A DNA stretch of 64,000 nucleotides from Escherichia phage DaisyDussoix. Shown here piece by piece: positions 53,911-63,660 of the stretch; the stretch's first letter is position 1; each line of letters starts with the position of its first letter. The notes under the pieces were generated by a model. That model was not told the DNA's origin, ran no database searches, and was given only the letters and a program-made list of their open reading frames with translations. Location of the stretch: the sequence record MZ501058. One strand, 5' to 3'. Made by a program: the position numbers and the translations under genes.

Positions 53911-54662
53911 TGTCAGTATTAGTCGGTTTACATGGTGAAGCTGGTTCGGGAAAAGATACCGTTGCAAAATTAATTATCGATTGGTGTAATGACACGTATC
54001 CAACGTATTTATATCGTCGTTATAGTTTTGCTAAGCCCGTTTATGAACTTGCATCCGTAATCCTCGGTGTAACTCCAGAGTTTCTAGGAGAGCGCAGGGG
54101 AAAAGAGATTGACCAATGGTTTACGGTCACACAATCTCAGTTGGAGCGAGCCAGGGATGTATGGTTTAAGTACGGTATCGATAAGTTCGAAGACTTCTCG
54201 TACGTTTGGCCTATTTTTGAGGAAAAATATCTTAATCCTCAACAACTTATATCAGAGAATAAAGAAGACGGTCTTTATAGCTTATTTATTTCTCCGAGAA
54301 AAATGTTACAGCTCATAGGAACAGAGCTAGGAAGGCAGCTGGTGCATGAACGCATTTGGCTCATAATTCTGGAGCAATCCATCGCTAAAGACGACCCAGA
54401 TGTCGCCGTAATAACAGATGTTAGATTCCCCAATGAAGGAGAGCTACTCAGAGAAACAAACCATTTAGATATGGATTCTTTGATAGTAAATGTAGTACCA
54501 GCTGAGCAGAAGTTCACTATTAAATCAGATCATCCATCTGAAAGTGGTATTCCTGCAAAATATATTACTCACGAATTAGTTAATAAATTCGATGGTATCA
54601 ATAACCTTAAACTAGAAGTTTATAACTTCTGTGACTTAGAGCTAGAACCACTAGTTGGATAA
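53910..54662 (+). CDS. dnk: deoxynucleoside monophosphate kinase
   Basis: P-loop GLHGEAGSGKDT at N-terminus; 250 aa. Confidence 0.7.
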   Translation: MSVLVGLHGEAGSGKDTVAKLIIDWCNDTYPTYLYRRYSFAKPVYELASVILGVTPEFLGERRGKEIDQWFTVTQSQLERARDVWFKYGIDKFEDFSYVWPIFEEKYLNPQQLISENKEDGLYSLFISPRKMLQLIGTELGRQLVHERIWLIILEQSIAKDDPDVAVITDVRFPNEGELLRETNHLDMDSLIVNVVPAEQKFTIKSDHPSESGIPAKYITHELVNKFDGINNLKLEVYNFCDLELEPLVG

Positions 54663-54674
54663 TCAAGGATCGCT

Positions 54675-55274
54675 ATGACTAATAAAAAAGAAGAAAAGAC
54701 TAACCTGTTTCACTCCATTCGCCAATCTAATGAGTATACCTTTTTCTTTGATGAAGAATTAGGCCCGCCGGATGAATACCGTGATTTATCAATGGTACTT
54801 ATGCAAGCAAATGAGGACGACGAAATTAATCTGATGATTAATGGCCCTGGTGGTTATGTTGATACTGCTGCACAGTTATCTAACTTAATTGCTAATTGCC
54901 GTGGAACAGTTATAGGACATCTGGTTGGTCCTAGTGCTTCTGCTTACTGCACAATTTTTCTATCCTGTCATGGATGGGTAGTATATCCACATGCTACGCT
55001 AATAGGCCACACGTTCTCTGGTGGGTTCTGTGAGAAAGGTCAGGAAATCAAGAAAGCCTATGAATCTTACAACAAGTTTGTAGAAGATATGATGCTAGAT
55101 GTCTACTATCCATTTTTCTCAATAGATGAAATCGACGAGATGGTAAAAGACAACAAAAATATCTATCTAGATAGCAAGGAAATCCATAAGCGTATTGAAA
55201 TCTTGGCGAAATATCGATCTGAGCAATATAATAAAGCCCAGTTACCTCAATCCGAGGAGCACAACGAAGAGTAA
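54675..55274 (+). CDS. ClpP-like serine protease
   Basis: INGPGGYV ... SASAYC ... H pattern of ClpP-family. Confidence 0.6.
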   Translation: MTNKKEEKTNLFHSIRQSNEYTFFFDEELGPPDEYRDLSMVLMQANEDDEINLMINGPGGYVDTAAQLSNLIANCRGTVIGHLVGPSASAYCTIFLSCHGWVVYPHATLIGHTFSGGFCEKGQEIKKAYESYNKFVEDMMLDVYYPFFSIDEIDEMVKDNKNIYLDSKEIHKRIEILAKYRSEQYNKAQLPQSEEHNEE

Positions 55275-55283
55275 GTAATTTTA

Positions 55284-55315
55284 AGCCAGGGTTTAACGAC
55301 CCTGGCTTTTCTTTT
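55284..55315 (+). terminator. intrinsic terminator
   Basis: AGCCAGGG-UUUAACGA-CCCUGGCU + UUUCUUUU. Confidence 0.65.
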
Positions 55316-55367
55316 ATCTAAAATTCTTCTTGACAACGACAAAATTTTGTGCTCCAAAGAAAATCTT

Positions 55368-55410
55368 TAAAAACACATTGTAATTTTCCTCCAAAATTAG
55401 TATAATGGTA
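55368..55410 (+). promoter_or_regulatory. sigma70 promoter (-35 TTGTAA, 17 bp, -10 TATAAT) for lysis cassette
   Basis: read directly; followed by GAGGAGG RBS and TTG start. Confidence 0.45.
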
Positions 55411-55430
55411 CTGGTTAGAGGAGGTTACAA

Positions 55431-56087
55431 TTGGAAAAGTTCTTACAATTATTAACGGTACTGCTCCAAGAAGCGAAAGATCCAGCATCGCTTCTTAAAC
55501 GTCTGCTAACTATCTTAGTTGCTGTCATTATTTTCTTATTTGTTAGTAATACTAGCGAGGTGATGTCATTCTTAAAGACTTTCTCCACGTCTGCGGTTCT
55601 ACAGGATGTTCAAACTCAAAGGATAGATAACTTTCCTAATGTAGCTAGAGAAAAGAGCATGGTACTCTTTTCTCAAACGGGTGCGGATGCTGTTTTTGTA
55701 GTCAAGTATAAACCCGATGCCATTAATGATTATTCTAACATTATTGCATGGGAAAGCAATGCGCAATTAGATAGGGCTGACTTGGCCGATAAAGCAGTAA
55801 ATAAAACGTCTGAGCTATACAGACGTCACTTAGAGGGCTTTAACTACGCATCGGATTTAAGTGTAAGAGTAAATAAATATACGGGGTTAAATATACCTGC
55901 GTTTAAGAACGTTACTTTTAATTACATATACACTTGTCCATATTTCAATCTAAACAATATCTATGCTGGATATATTGGTATTGCTTGGAAAGATAATCCT
56001 GTAGATGCAGCCGATTCTGAGAAATTTAAGGAATATTTAACAAAGCTCTGTTCCCCACAACAGAGATCTTTAGGTAGATCAATATGA
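55431..56087 (+). CDS. hol: holin-like membrane protein (TTG start)
   Basis: TM LLTILVAVIIFLFV; immediately upstream of and overlapping endolysin gene. Confidence 0.55.
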   Translation: MEKFLQLLTVLLQEAKDPASLLKRLLTILVAVIIFLFVSNTSEVMSFLKTFSTSAVLQDVQTQRIDNFPNVAREKSMVLFSQTGADAVFVVKYKPDAINDYSNIIAWESNAQLDRADLADKAVNKTSELYRRHLEGFNYASDLSVRVNKYTGLNIPAFKNVTFNYIYTCPYFNLNNIYAGYIGIAWKDNPVDAADSEKFKEYLTKLCSPQQRSLGRSI

Positions 56088-56497
56088 GTTTTAAATTTGG
56101 TAAAAATAGCGAAAAACAATTAGCTACCGTTAAGCCAGAGCTACAAAAAGTAGCTCGTAGGGCTTTAGAATTATCTCCATATGATTTCACGATCGTACAG
56201 GGTATTCGTACAGTAGCACAAAGTGCCCAGAATATTGCTAATGGTACTTCATTTTTAAAAGATCCTAGTAAAAGCAAGCATATTACTGGGGATGCTCTTG
56301 ATTTTGCTCCATACATTAATGGCAAGATTGATTGGAATGACTTAGAAGCATTTTGGGCAGTTAAAAAGGCTTTTGAACAAGCGGGTAAAGAACTAGGCAT
56401 TAAACTTCGTTTTGGTGCTGATTGGAATGCTTCGGGAGACTATCACGATGAAATAAAACGTGGTACCTATGATGGCGGTCATGTCGAACTAGTTTAA
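56084..56497 (+). CDS. lys: endolysin, L-alanyl-D-glutamate peptidase (M15-like)
   Basis: 137 aa; H..GDALDF...DGGHVEL zinc-peptidase pattern; matches recalled T5 Lys N-terminus MSFKFGKNSEKQ. Confidence 0.8.
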   Translation: MSFKFGKNSEKQLATVKPELQKVARRALELSPYDFTIVQGIRTVAQSAQNIANGTSFLKDPSKSKHITGDALDFAPYINGKIDWNDLEAFWAVKKAFEQAGKELGIKLRFGADWNASGDYHDEIKRGTYDGGHVELV

Positions 56498-56506
56498 TTA
56501 ATAACT

Positions 56507-56532
56507 GAGGCGGGAATATTCCCGCCTTTTTA
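56507..56532 (+). terminator. intrinsic terminator
   Basis: GGCGGGA-AUAUU-CCCGCC + UUUUU. Confidence 0.7.
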
Positions 56533-56574
56533 GGCAAAGGGGGCTTTAATAATTTTTGAAGATAGGAGAAAGCC

Positions 56575-56991
56575 ATGTTTGCAGAACTATTCACTATGAT
56601 GCTGCTAGGTATCTGGAAAATAAGTCTAGTAGTATTCGTTTTAATGATAGTCTTTACTATCATTGCATTAACTACCCGAAATAGCTTATTAATAAAGGTT
56701 ATTCACGGACTAGAGTATATAATTATGGGTTCATTCGGCGTTTGTAAATGCAATTGCCCTAGAGATACGAAATATTGTTGGTTATGGATGGAACTAGAGA
56801 ATCCTATATCCATAGCTTTGGCTGTTTCATTCGGTATGATTCTTATGGCCCTTACTCTAGCATTAATACCTTTGATGTTAGCTGGGGGAGTTACAGCGTA
56901 TTTCACCCTTTTCTCCCCGATACTTATGTACTCAATTTACCCAATAACTATGTATCTAGTTAGGAAAAAATTTATACATGCAGTAGATTAA
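56575..56991 (+). CDS. multi-pass membrane protein
   Basis: four hydrophobic segments; 138 aa. Confidence 0.45.
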   Translation: MFAELFTMMLLGIWKISLVVFVLMIVFTIIALTTRNSLLIKVIHGLEYIIMGSFGVCKCNCPRDTKYCWLWMELENPISIALAVSFGMILMALTLALIPLMLAGGVTAYFTLFSPILMYSIYPITMYLVRKKFIHAVD

Positions 56992-56994
56992 GAT

Positions 56995-57038
56995 AAAAAA
57001 GTAGTTGACTTTTAGCCCTAGTTATTATATAATATATA
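56995..57038 (+). promoter_or_regulatory. sigma70 promoter (-35 TTGACT, -10 TATAAT)
   Basis: AAAAAGTAGTTGACT-N17-TATAAT. Confidence 0.55.
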
Positions 57039-57066
57039 CATAAATTAGTTAAGAGAGGTATATATT

Positions 57067-57495
57067 ATGTCTGATCGTTTCTATACTCAAATGGCGGAAC
57101 ATTTTCGTATACCACATTACGAGCTAAACATTGCACTCCGTGATCATGACTCTCCTGAGTACAAAAAGCTCGAAAAGAAAGCGGAAAAATCTATTGATAC
57201 AAAGGTAGGTGCATCTATGTCTAAGGGCAAAAAGTTAACTCGTCTTGATCTTAATAAAATTTTAACTGAACTTTTGGGTACTGATATTGAAGGTGCTAAA
57301 TTACCGCTTCTTGTACTAGAGACTATGATTAAAAAGGTCAAAAATAAAGAGTATAAGAAGGTAGAAGTCCCAGAAGGCAGATTAAAGGCTCCCTATCAGG
57401 AAGCATTAACCGAGTGTTTGGGTGTAAATCTTGATCTGAGCACCGCAACCGTTAAGTGCATGAAAAACTTCTTAGAAGCTATTAATAAACTATGA
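57067..57495 (+). CDS. hypothetical protein
   Basis: AGAGAGG RBS; 142 aa. Confidence 0.45.
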   Translation: MSDRFYTQMAEHFRIPHYELNIALRDHDSPEYKKLEKKAEKSIDTKVGASMSKGKKLTRLDLNKILTELLGTDIEGAKLPLLVLETMIKKVKNKEYKKVEVPEGRLKAPYQEALTECLGVNLDLSTATVKCMKNFLEAINKL

Positions 57496-58019
57496 TTACA
57501 CAGGATACTCTTAAACAGATGTTCAATTACGACCCTGAAACGGGAATCTTTACATGGAAAGTAAGTAGAGGACCGAAAAAGAAGGGTGATATAGCAGGAA
57601 CACTCACTAAAGATGGGTACATTAGGATAACCATTAATAAACGCCCTTATTATGCGCAGCAATTAGCATGCCTATACATGACTGGAGAATGGCCAGAGCA
57701 TGAGATGGACCATGAAAATCGCATAACCTATGATAATAGGTGGTGTAATATTCGTAATGCTACTAAACAGGAAAATCTAAGAAATAGGAAAGCATGGAGT
57801 AAATCCGGCTATTTAGGAGTTTCATGGAATCGAGGTAAGTGGCAAGTCTACGTCGTGAACTCAAATGGAGAAAGTATATCCGGCGGGCGTTTTGAACATA
57901 AAGATTTAGAATTGGCAGTTAAATCAGCCAATACTTTAAGAGCAAAATTGCACGGGGAACGTGCTATTTTTGAAGAATTTACAGGATATATACCTAATAT
58001 TGGAGAGTTAAATAAATGA
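57492..58019 (+). CDS. HNH homing endonuclease (AP2-domain type)
   Basis: 175 aa; YYAQQLACLYMTGEWPEHEMDHENRITYDNRWCNI. Confidence 0.8.
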   Translation: MITQDTLKQMFNYDPETGIFTWKVSRGPKKKGDIAGTLTKDGYIRITINKRPYYAQQLACLYMTGEWPEHEMDHENRITYDNRWCNIRNATKQENLRNRKAWSKSGYLGVSWNRGKWQVYVVNSNGESISGGRFEHKDLELAVKSANTLRAKLHGERAIFEEFTGYIPNIGELNK

Positions 58020-58306
58020 GTAAATTAGTTTTTTTATTGAAAGGTTCTACTTGCAATCCTTGCAAAATGTTTGAGCCAGTATTTGATAAAGTAGTCAATG
58101 AATATAATTTGGAAGTCCATAAAGAGACTGATAATACAGAATTAATGCAGAAATTTGGTGTGCGCCAAGTACCTGTAGTAGTTCTGGCGGATCGCTTACC
58201 TAATGGTCGAGTAGAAGCTAATCATATTTTGATTGGACGTCAGCTTCGTAAAGAAACTATGCACGAAGCTATTAAAAATTTCCTGGACGATAATCCAGAG
58301 GATTAA
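58016..58306 (+). CDS. thioredoxin-fold redoxin (CxxC)
   Basis: CNPC active-site-like motif near N-terminus; 96 aa. Confidence 0.5.
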   Translation: MSKLVFLLKGSTCNPCKMFEPVFDKVVNEYNLEVHKETDNTELMQKFGVRQVPVVVLADRLPNGRVEANHILIGRQLRKETMHEAIKNFLDDNPED

Positions 58307-58312
58307 TAAACC

Positions 58313-58345
58313 AAGCCTGATCTTAGCGGATCAGGCTTTTATTTT
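58313..58345 (+). terminator. intrinsic terminator
   Basis: AGCCUGAUC-UUAGCG-GAUCAGGCU + UUUAUUUU. Confidence 0.7.
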
Positions 58346-58380
58346 ACTTGCTTTTTGCTAAAAATTTTGGTATAATATTT
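58338..58380 (+). promoter_or_regulatory. T5-type sigma70 promoter
   Basis: ATTTTACTTGCTT-N17-TATAAT. Confidence 0.55.
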
Positions 58381-58403
58381 ATATAGATTGATAGGAGGAT
58401 TAA

Positions 58404-58649
58404 ATGTTAGCAGAGCAAGCAAAACATTTAGCTAGAGTTAATAGAGCCGCATCCCTTAAGAGCCGAAAGAAAACGTATAGATGGGTTAAGCGGAGGATAG
58501 TATCTTCTGTCGAGATTGGAGGTTCTTTTGTACAGCTTAATCGTGACGAAATTAGTTATGAAGCTATAAAAGCTCTCAATAAAGAGGGTTATACTCTCCA
58601 ACTATCTAATGATTATGGCACAACTATTTTAACTGTTATTTGGGAATAA
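58404..58649 (+). CDS. hypothetical protein
   Basis: TAGGAGGA RBS; 81 aa. Confidence 0.4.
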   Translation: MLAEQAKHLARVNRAASLKSRKKTYRWVKRRIVSSVEIGGSFVQLNRDEISYEAIKALNKEGYTLQLSNDYGTTILTVIWE

Positions 58650-59515
58650 TTATGAAAAAAGAATTTAATGTACATAAAACTCTAGTAGTGCCGGATGATG
58701 CCAACTTGTTTTTCGTTGGTGATATTCATGGATGCAATGATTTGCTAGAAGATGCGTTGATGTTAGCTGGGTATAATAGCAAAAAAGATTGCCTAGTATG
58801 TGTTGGTGACTTAATTGACCGGGGCACACAAAACTTACAAGTTTTAGCCAAATTCCTGTATAACCCACGTTTTATCAGTGTCCGTGGCAATCATGATCAA
58901 TTTATGATTGTGGGAGATTGGGCTAATTGGATGTATAATGGTGGTATGTGGGCCATGAATGAACTAGATGCAGACACCATTAAAAATATTGCCGAAGATA
59001 TGGCTGAAAAAATGCCAGTATTCCTAACTGTTAGACATCGTGGTAAGAAGTTTGGTGTTGTTCATGGTGGTGTACCTTTTACATACAAAGAATGTGGTAA
59101 TGAAGTAGAAACCCCAGTATGGGATAATCTTATTGCACAAGTAGAAGCAGCTAAGGAAGACCCACATGATCATCCTGGATACCATGTTGAGCCATATTTA
59201 TGGGATCGAGATGTAATCCAAGAAATAGGCTTCTACTTGTCCAAAAATGGCGAGGAACACCCGTATTTCCAGCGTTATGCAGGATTTAAGGAAAAATACA
59301 TGGTAGAAGTGCCAGAAGTTAAAGGGGTAGATTTCGTGTTTCACGGACATACTGGGGTTCCTTACCCAATACTCCATAAAAACCGTGTTTATCTTGATAC
59401 TGGCGGTGTTTTCAACGGGCAGTTGACGGTTGCGCAAGTTAACGATGAAACAGGTAAAATCACCACATTTACCACAGACAAAAATAATAGCTGCGGTGTA
59501 CAGAGGACTCTATAA
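58640..59515 (+). CDS. Ser/Thr protein phosphatase (calcineurin-like metallophosphoesterase)
   Basis: GDIHGC, GDLIDRG, GNHD motifs. Confidence 0.7.
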   Translation: MGIIMKKEFNVHKTLVVPDDANLFFVGDIHGCNDLLEDALMLAGYNSKKDCLVCVGDLIDRGTQNLQVLAKFLYNPRFISVRGNHDQFMIVGDWANWMYNGGMWAMNELDADTIKNIAEDMAEKMPVFLTVRHRGKKFGVVHGGVPFTYKECGNEVETPVWDNLIAQVEAAKEDPHDHPGYHVEPYLWDRDVIQEIGFYLSKNGEEHPYFQRYAGFKEKYMVEVPEVKGVDFVFHGHTGVPYPILHKNRVYLDTGGVFNGQLTVAQVNDETGKITTFTTDKNNSCGVQRTL

Positions 59516-59883
59516 TGGAACGTGAAGAACGTTATGTAGTTATAAAGCTGTCTGATATTGAGAAAGCCCTAGAATTAGGGCATATCACTCAAAGCAACTT
59601 TACCACTTTGGAACATATCCTATCTAAACTACGGTATAGTCGAGCACAACGTGGTAAGGAGGATCTCAAAACCGTCGTAGTAGAGCATGATTGGCCAGAG
59701 TACGAAGAAGTCTGGAAGATGCTAGAGAATCGTGTTGAATTTGAACAAGCACGACAGGAAGAGATTGACAAAGGCTACCAAGAAGCGAAAGAGCACTATG
59801 AGGTTTATGATGAAATATTCAAACTTCGTGGTATTAGTAGTTATTGTCAGGGTTGGAATAAATATGCGGAGGAAGTTCTGTAA
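59515..59883 (+). CDS. hypothetical protein
   Basis: ORF track 122 aa; start overlaps previous stop. Confidence 0.45.
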   Translation: MEREERYVVIKLSDIEKALELGHITQSNFTTLEHILSKLRYSRAQRGKEDLKTVVVEHDWPEYEEVWKMLENRVEFEQARQEEIDKGYQEAKEHYEVYDEIFKLRGISSYCQGWNKYAEEVL

Positions 59884-59990
59884 TGAGAAGGACACGCCAA
59901 GAAATTGATGCCGAAGTTCTTCATGGCATTGCAGTTTGTGTTAGGCTAGCTTTGTTGATGGCCTTACCGTTTATTTTATAAGGATTAAAC

Positions 59991-60581
59991 ATGAAAGTTA
60001 AATTCTGGTCAGACTTGCACCTAGACCACCCTGGAGCGTTACGTTTCCGTCCGTGGTTTAAGAACATGAAAGAGCACGATGAGTATATTCTAGATACTTT
60101 GTCCAAGCATATTGGTAAACGAACAAAACTTATTTTGCTAGGAGATATTGCAGTAGGTCGTGAAGGTCTAGCTAAATTAAAGTCGGTTATCCACAATGTT
60201 CCTAATCAACTGATTATGGGTAATCATGATGCAGAACGTCAGGGACTGAGTATTAGGGACTTGGCGGAAGTTTATGACGATATTCAGGCTCTAGGTAAAC
60301 AGACTGGAGGCGGCAAAAAGTTTTGGCTATCTCACTGTCCTTTGCACCCTAATGAACTTCGTGGCAAACTAAATATTCATGGACACGTACATACTACTTC
60401 TCTACGTGATCCACGTTATATCAATGTTTCATTTGAAATGAGTAAAACTCCAATTTCATTAGAGGATATTGTGTCTGGTAAGTTTACTAGTTACGATAGA
60501 GTAGTTAACTGTACTACCGGCGAGGTATTACAAATAGGGGAAGACGTAGCTGCTGTATTGCGTGGTGATATAAATGTATAA
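59991..60581 (+). CDS. metallophosphoesterase
   Basis: SDLHLD ... GDIA ... GNHD ... GHVH motifs. Confidence 0.6.
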   Translation: MKVKFWSDLHLDHPGALRFRPWFKNMKEHDEYILDTLSKHIGKRTKLILLGDIAVGREGLAKLKSVIHNVPNQLIMGNHDAERQGLSIRDLAEVYDDIQALGKQTGGGKKFWLSHCPLHPNELRGKLNIHGHVHTTSLRDPRYINVSFEMSKTPISLEDIVSGKFTSYDRVVNCTTGEVLQIGEDVAAVLRGDINV

Positions 60582-60697
60582 GTATATAGCTGAGGCTATT
60601 ATTAAACGAATCATACAAGCGATAGCAATACTTATAATCATTTGTATTGCTATTGGCACAGGACTAGGCATTTTAATTAAAAGTTTTATTTGCTAAA
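60575..60697 (+). CDS. possible 40-aa hydrophobic peptide (below track cutoff)
   Basis: ATG 60575; MYKYIAEAIIKRIIQAIAILIIICIAIGTGLGILIKSFIC. Confidence 0.2.
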
Positions 60698-60722
60698 ATG
60701 CTTAAGTTTCTGTATAATTACT
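60680..60722 (+). promoter_or_regulatory. T5-type sigma70 promoter
   Basis: AAAAGTTTTATTTGCTA-N17-TATAAT. Confidence 0.55.
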
Positions 60723-60748
60723 TTATAAATTGATGAGAAGGAATCAAA

Positions 60749-61180
60749 ATGAACAAAGTTGATAAAGCTCTAGTTTTCGCAGCAGCAGATAAGTTTGAAC
60801 AAGTTAAGGCAACTTTCCGAACCTTGTTCCAGTCTTACGTTCAGGATAAGTCTAATCCTATCTCTGAACGTTTGATGGTCTGGGAATGTCATGCTTGCAA
60901 TGCCCTATTAATTGCGGATTATCGTAGCGATATAGATAAAGATCTGTGCGAAATTCTTATCGCTGAGGAGGCAGAACGTTATCAGTTAATCTCTTTCCAA
61001 GATTTGGCGGAGCATATCATTCCTGATGATCTTTGGGATAAATACTACGGTGATCCTGAAGATGAGGGAATGACTCCAGAAGCCTGTATTGAGCTGATCT
61101 GCAAAGATCATCCTGAAATTGCAGAGAAATTTGAAAAAGTTTTTGCTTCTGAGTTCTCCGGCGTTGTTAACGATTGGTAA
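60749..61180 (+). CDS. hypothetical acidic protein
   Basis: AAGGAA RBS; 143 aa. Confidence 0.45.
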   Translation: MNKVDKALVFAAADKFEQVKATFRTLFQSYVQDKSNPISERLMVWECHACNALLIADYRSDIDKDLCEILIAEEAERYQLISFQDLAEHIIPDDLWDKYYGDPEDEGMTPEACIELICKDHPEIAEKFEKVFASEFSGVVNDW

Positions 61181-61186
61181 GTAATT

Positions 61187-61230
61187 AAAAATTCAGTTGC
61201 TTTAAGCCTTAAAATTCTGTATAATAAGTT
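61187..61230 (+). promoter_or_regulatory. T5-type sigma70 promoter
   Basis: AAAAATTCAGTTGCTT-N17-TATAAT. Confidence 0.6.
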
Positions 61231-61239
61231 CATAAATTA

Positions 61240-61533
61240 ATGAGAGAGGAAATTCTAATGGAAAACATGACTAAAGACTTCGATGCCTCTAACCTTACCA
61301 AGACTGAAATGGCCAATGTATTAGCAATTCTCCTCGACATGCAAGGATTTGAGGGGCAACTGATGAAAATGTCCATCCCAGCAATGAAAAAGATGTACGA
61401 TTCTCTTAATAAGAACGCTATGGCCTTTAACTTAGCGAAACAAGAGGCACGATTTGCTAAGGAGCATCAAGCAGTGGCAGAACGCCGAGCAGCTAGCTTT
61501 GAGCGCGAAGTCAAGCAATTAAAGAAAAAATGA
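61240..61533 (+). CDS. hypothetical protein (likely start ATG 61258)
   Basis: track ATG 61240 is only about 15 nt after the -10 box; GAGAGAGG RBS precedes ATG 61258. Confidence 0.45.
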   Translation: MREEILMENMTKDFDASNLTKTEMANVLAILLDMQGFEGQLMKMSIPAMKKMYDSLNKNAMAFNLAKQEARFAKEHQAVAERRAASFEREVKQLKKK

Positions 61534-62066
61534 TAACACAAGAAAGATTAAAAGAATTATTTGAATACCGCCCGGAAACGGGCGAGTTTATAAGGAAAGT
61601 CAGTAGGGGGCGAGGTAAAGCAGGTAGTATTGCGGGCAGTCCTGATAAGGATGGTTATATATTTATTGGAATAAATAGAAAAAGATATGCAGCCCATAGA
61701 TTAGCCTTTTTGTACATGGAGGGGTATATTCCGAATCTAGTACACCACTTAAACAATATAAGAAAAGATAATAGATGGTGTAATTTAAAAGATTGTACGT
61801 CCCAAGAGAATAATCGTAGCAAAATCGCTCAATCTAATTCAGGGTACTTAGGAGTTACCTGGAAAAAAGATCGACAACAATGGAGAGTCCAGGTCAGAAG
61901 CGCCGAAAGTATTACAGTACACGGAGGCTACTTTAGGTATTTAGATTTAGAGTTAGCAGTTCAAAGAGCTAATGAACTACGTTTAGAACTACATGGGTCT
62001 AACGCTGTTATAGAAACTTTTGATCATACAAAACCCTTACCTACTTTAGAGGAATTAAATAAATGA
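61530..62066 (+). CDS. HNH homing endonuclease (AP2-domain type)
   Basis: 178 aa; N-terminus MITQERLKELFEY nearly identical to 6438..6971 product. Confidence 0.8.
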   Translation: MITQERLKELFEYRPETGEFIRKVSRGRGKAGSIAGSPDKDGYIFIGINRKRYAAHRLAFLYMEGYIPNLVHHLNNIRKDNRWCNLKDCTSQENNRSKIAQSNSGYLGVTWKKDRQQWRVQVRSAESITVHGGYFRYLDLELAVQRANELRLELHGSNAVIETFDHTKPLPTLEELNK

Positions 62067-62344
62067 TTACAGAAATTCTTATTGGATTACTAATTCTTAC
62101 TACGCTAGCAGCGATTGGTGGGGTTATTGGTATTGTAAGCATGCGAAAAAATATAGAGAGTATGCTTACTACTAATAGTGGACTTCACTGCCGCTTAATA
62201 GAACAAGAACAAGATATTGAACTAGCACAGAGACGCTCAGATATTCTAAAAGAAAAACTAAACAATATTGAAGCAATTGCTGGGAATACAAAACTACCTA
62301 ATAAAGTAATGCGTGCTCAGATAATTACGGAGATTAAAAAATGA
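62063..62344 (+). CDS. small membrane protein
   Basis: TM ILIGLLILTTLAAIGGVIGIV. Confidence 0.4.
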   Translation: MITEILIGLLILTTLAAIGGVIGIVSMRKNIESMLTTNSGLHCRLIEQEQDIELAQRRSDILKEKLNNIEAIAGNTKLPNKVMRAQIITEIKK

Positions 62345-62586
62345 TGATGTTTATTCTAGCGTTTTATCTAATTGTGGTTGGTGTACTGGTTACTAAGTAC
62401 CACACATGGACACCAAAGAATGTAGCTAAGGTAGCTTTATTTGTTATTCCAGTTCCACTTATTATCTTTTCTATGTTACTGGTGATGTTAATCGGTAAAA
62501 TAACAAAAACCGATATTAAACGTATTGCTGATGAATTGCAACAGTCTTGTGATATGGTAGAGGATATTCTTAAAGATGAAGCTTAA
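62341..62586 (+). CDS. small membrane protein
   Basis: two TM segments; 81 aa. Confidence 0.4.
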   Translation: MMMFILAFYLIVVGVLVTKYHTWTPKNVAKVALFVIPVPLIIFSMLLVMLIGKITKTDIKRIADELQQSCDMVEDILKDEA

Positions 62587-62902
62587 TTTTAATGAATTAA
62601 ATACCTTACATGAGATATTACAGTTTGTGAATAATAATATTAGTATTCCAGATGATACACTAGAAGTTCTCATGTTAATCGAGAAAAAGGTAGGAATTGA
62701 GATTGAGGACTCTTGGAAACCACTTTCTGTATTAACACCACTTAATATGAAAGTGATAGTTAAAAATATTGATACTGGTGAAGAGTGTGAAATGATTCGT
62801 AAAGAACTAGCTGATAGCTATTCACCAAAGTCTGTAGTAATGTACCATGATGATACTGCTAAGACTCTACAGACAGCTAATTACGTATGGCGTCTCCCAT
62901 GA
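62576..62902 (+). CDS. hypothetical protein
   Basis: ORF track 108 aa. Confidence 0.4.
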   Translation: MKLNFNELNTLHEILQFVNNNISIPDDTLEVLMLIEKKVGIEIEDSWKPLSVLTPLNMKVIVKNIDTGEECEMIRKELADSYSPKSVVMYHDDTAKTLQTANYVWRLP

Positions 62903-63001
62903 TTGATTTAGTACCAATTACTGCGGGGCTAATAGCACTATTAGTGCTTGCAGTTTTTATTATTGTGGAGCAGGCCAAAGTAATAAGGAGACTTAAAAAC
63001 A

Positions 63002-63202
63002 ATGGTAAAACGTCTTGTTTATCAGGCACCAAAGATTGTAACTGAGTATTTTGTATTACTGCCCCAGATTGTATTTCTAACAGCACTATTTAATATACTT
63101 TTTCGACATCTAGGAATAACGGAAAATATCTTCTACACTTCTGAACTACTTCCTTTTATGTACGAAGGCATCATCGTGGCAATTAACGGAGTTCGTAAAT
63201 GA
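63002..63202 (+). CDS. hypothetical small membrane protein
   Basis: AAGGAGA RBS about 11 nt upstream; 66 aa. Confidence 0.3.
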   Translation: MVKRLVYQAPKIVTEYFVLLPQIVFLTALFNILFRHLGITENIFYTSELLPFMYEGIIVAINGVRK

Positions 63203-63660
63203 CAGCACTACAACAACTACAGAATTACTGGTTTGATAACCAATTTAACGATCTCTTTATCCAGTTATTTGTCGAAACGAACGGACGCTTCAACTACCGA
63301 TTCTTTAATAAGTTTCACGAAACAAAATTCTCTCATACAGAAATTAATGCAGCAATTCAAGATCTAACGGGTTCTAAAGTAATTCAGTATCGTGAAGTAG
63401 ACTTTACACCGGATTGTTTTGGGTTTGAGTTGTTTAAGAAAGCGTATAAATTTGGTAAGTTTGAAGATGCTCGTCAATGGGTTCACGATTTCTGGTATAA
63501 TACCGATATTGTCCCTAGTCGTGTGCTGATTCTTAACTGGATTGCTAAACAACATCCACCTAAAGCTCAATCGTCCTTCTTACCGACTGACACAGGAAAC
63601 CTCTACCATGACAGAAAAGAAAAATCCATTATTGGAGCAGATGAAGGAGTGGGAGAGTAA
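63199..63660 (+). CDS. hypothetical protein
   Basis: ORF track 153 aa. Confidence 0.45.
   Translation: MTALQQLQNYWFDNQFNDLFIQLFVETNGRFNYRFFNKFHETKFSHTEINAAIQDLTGSKVIQYREVDFTPDCFGFELFKKAYKFGKFEDARQWVHDFWYNTDIVPSRVLILNWIAKQHPPKAQSSFLPTDTGNLYHDRKEKSIIGADEGVGE

Noticed and set aside
55321-55345. TTGACA hexamer at 55323-55328 as a promoter -35
   Set aside because: No acceptable -10 element at 16-19 bp spacing; the functional promoter is more likely the TTGTAA-N17-TATAAT element at 55378-55406.
56026-56663. Minus-strand ORFs 56026..56400 and 56400..56663
   Set aside because: Antisense to the endolysin and to the terminator/membrane-protein region; endolysin assignment is strong.
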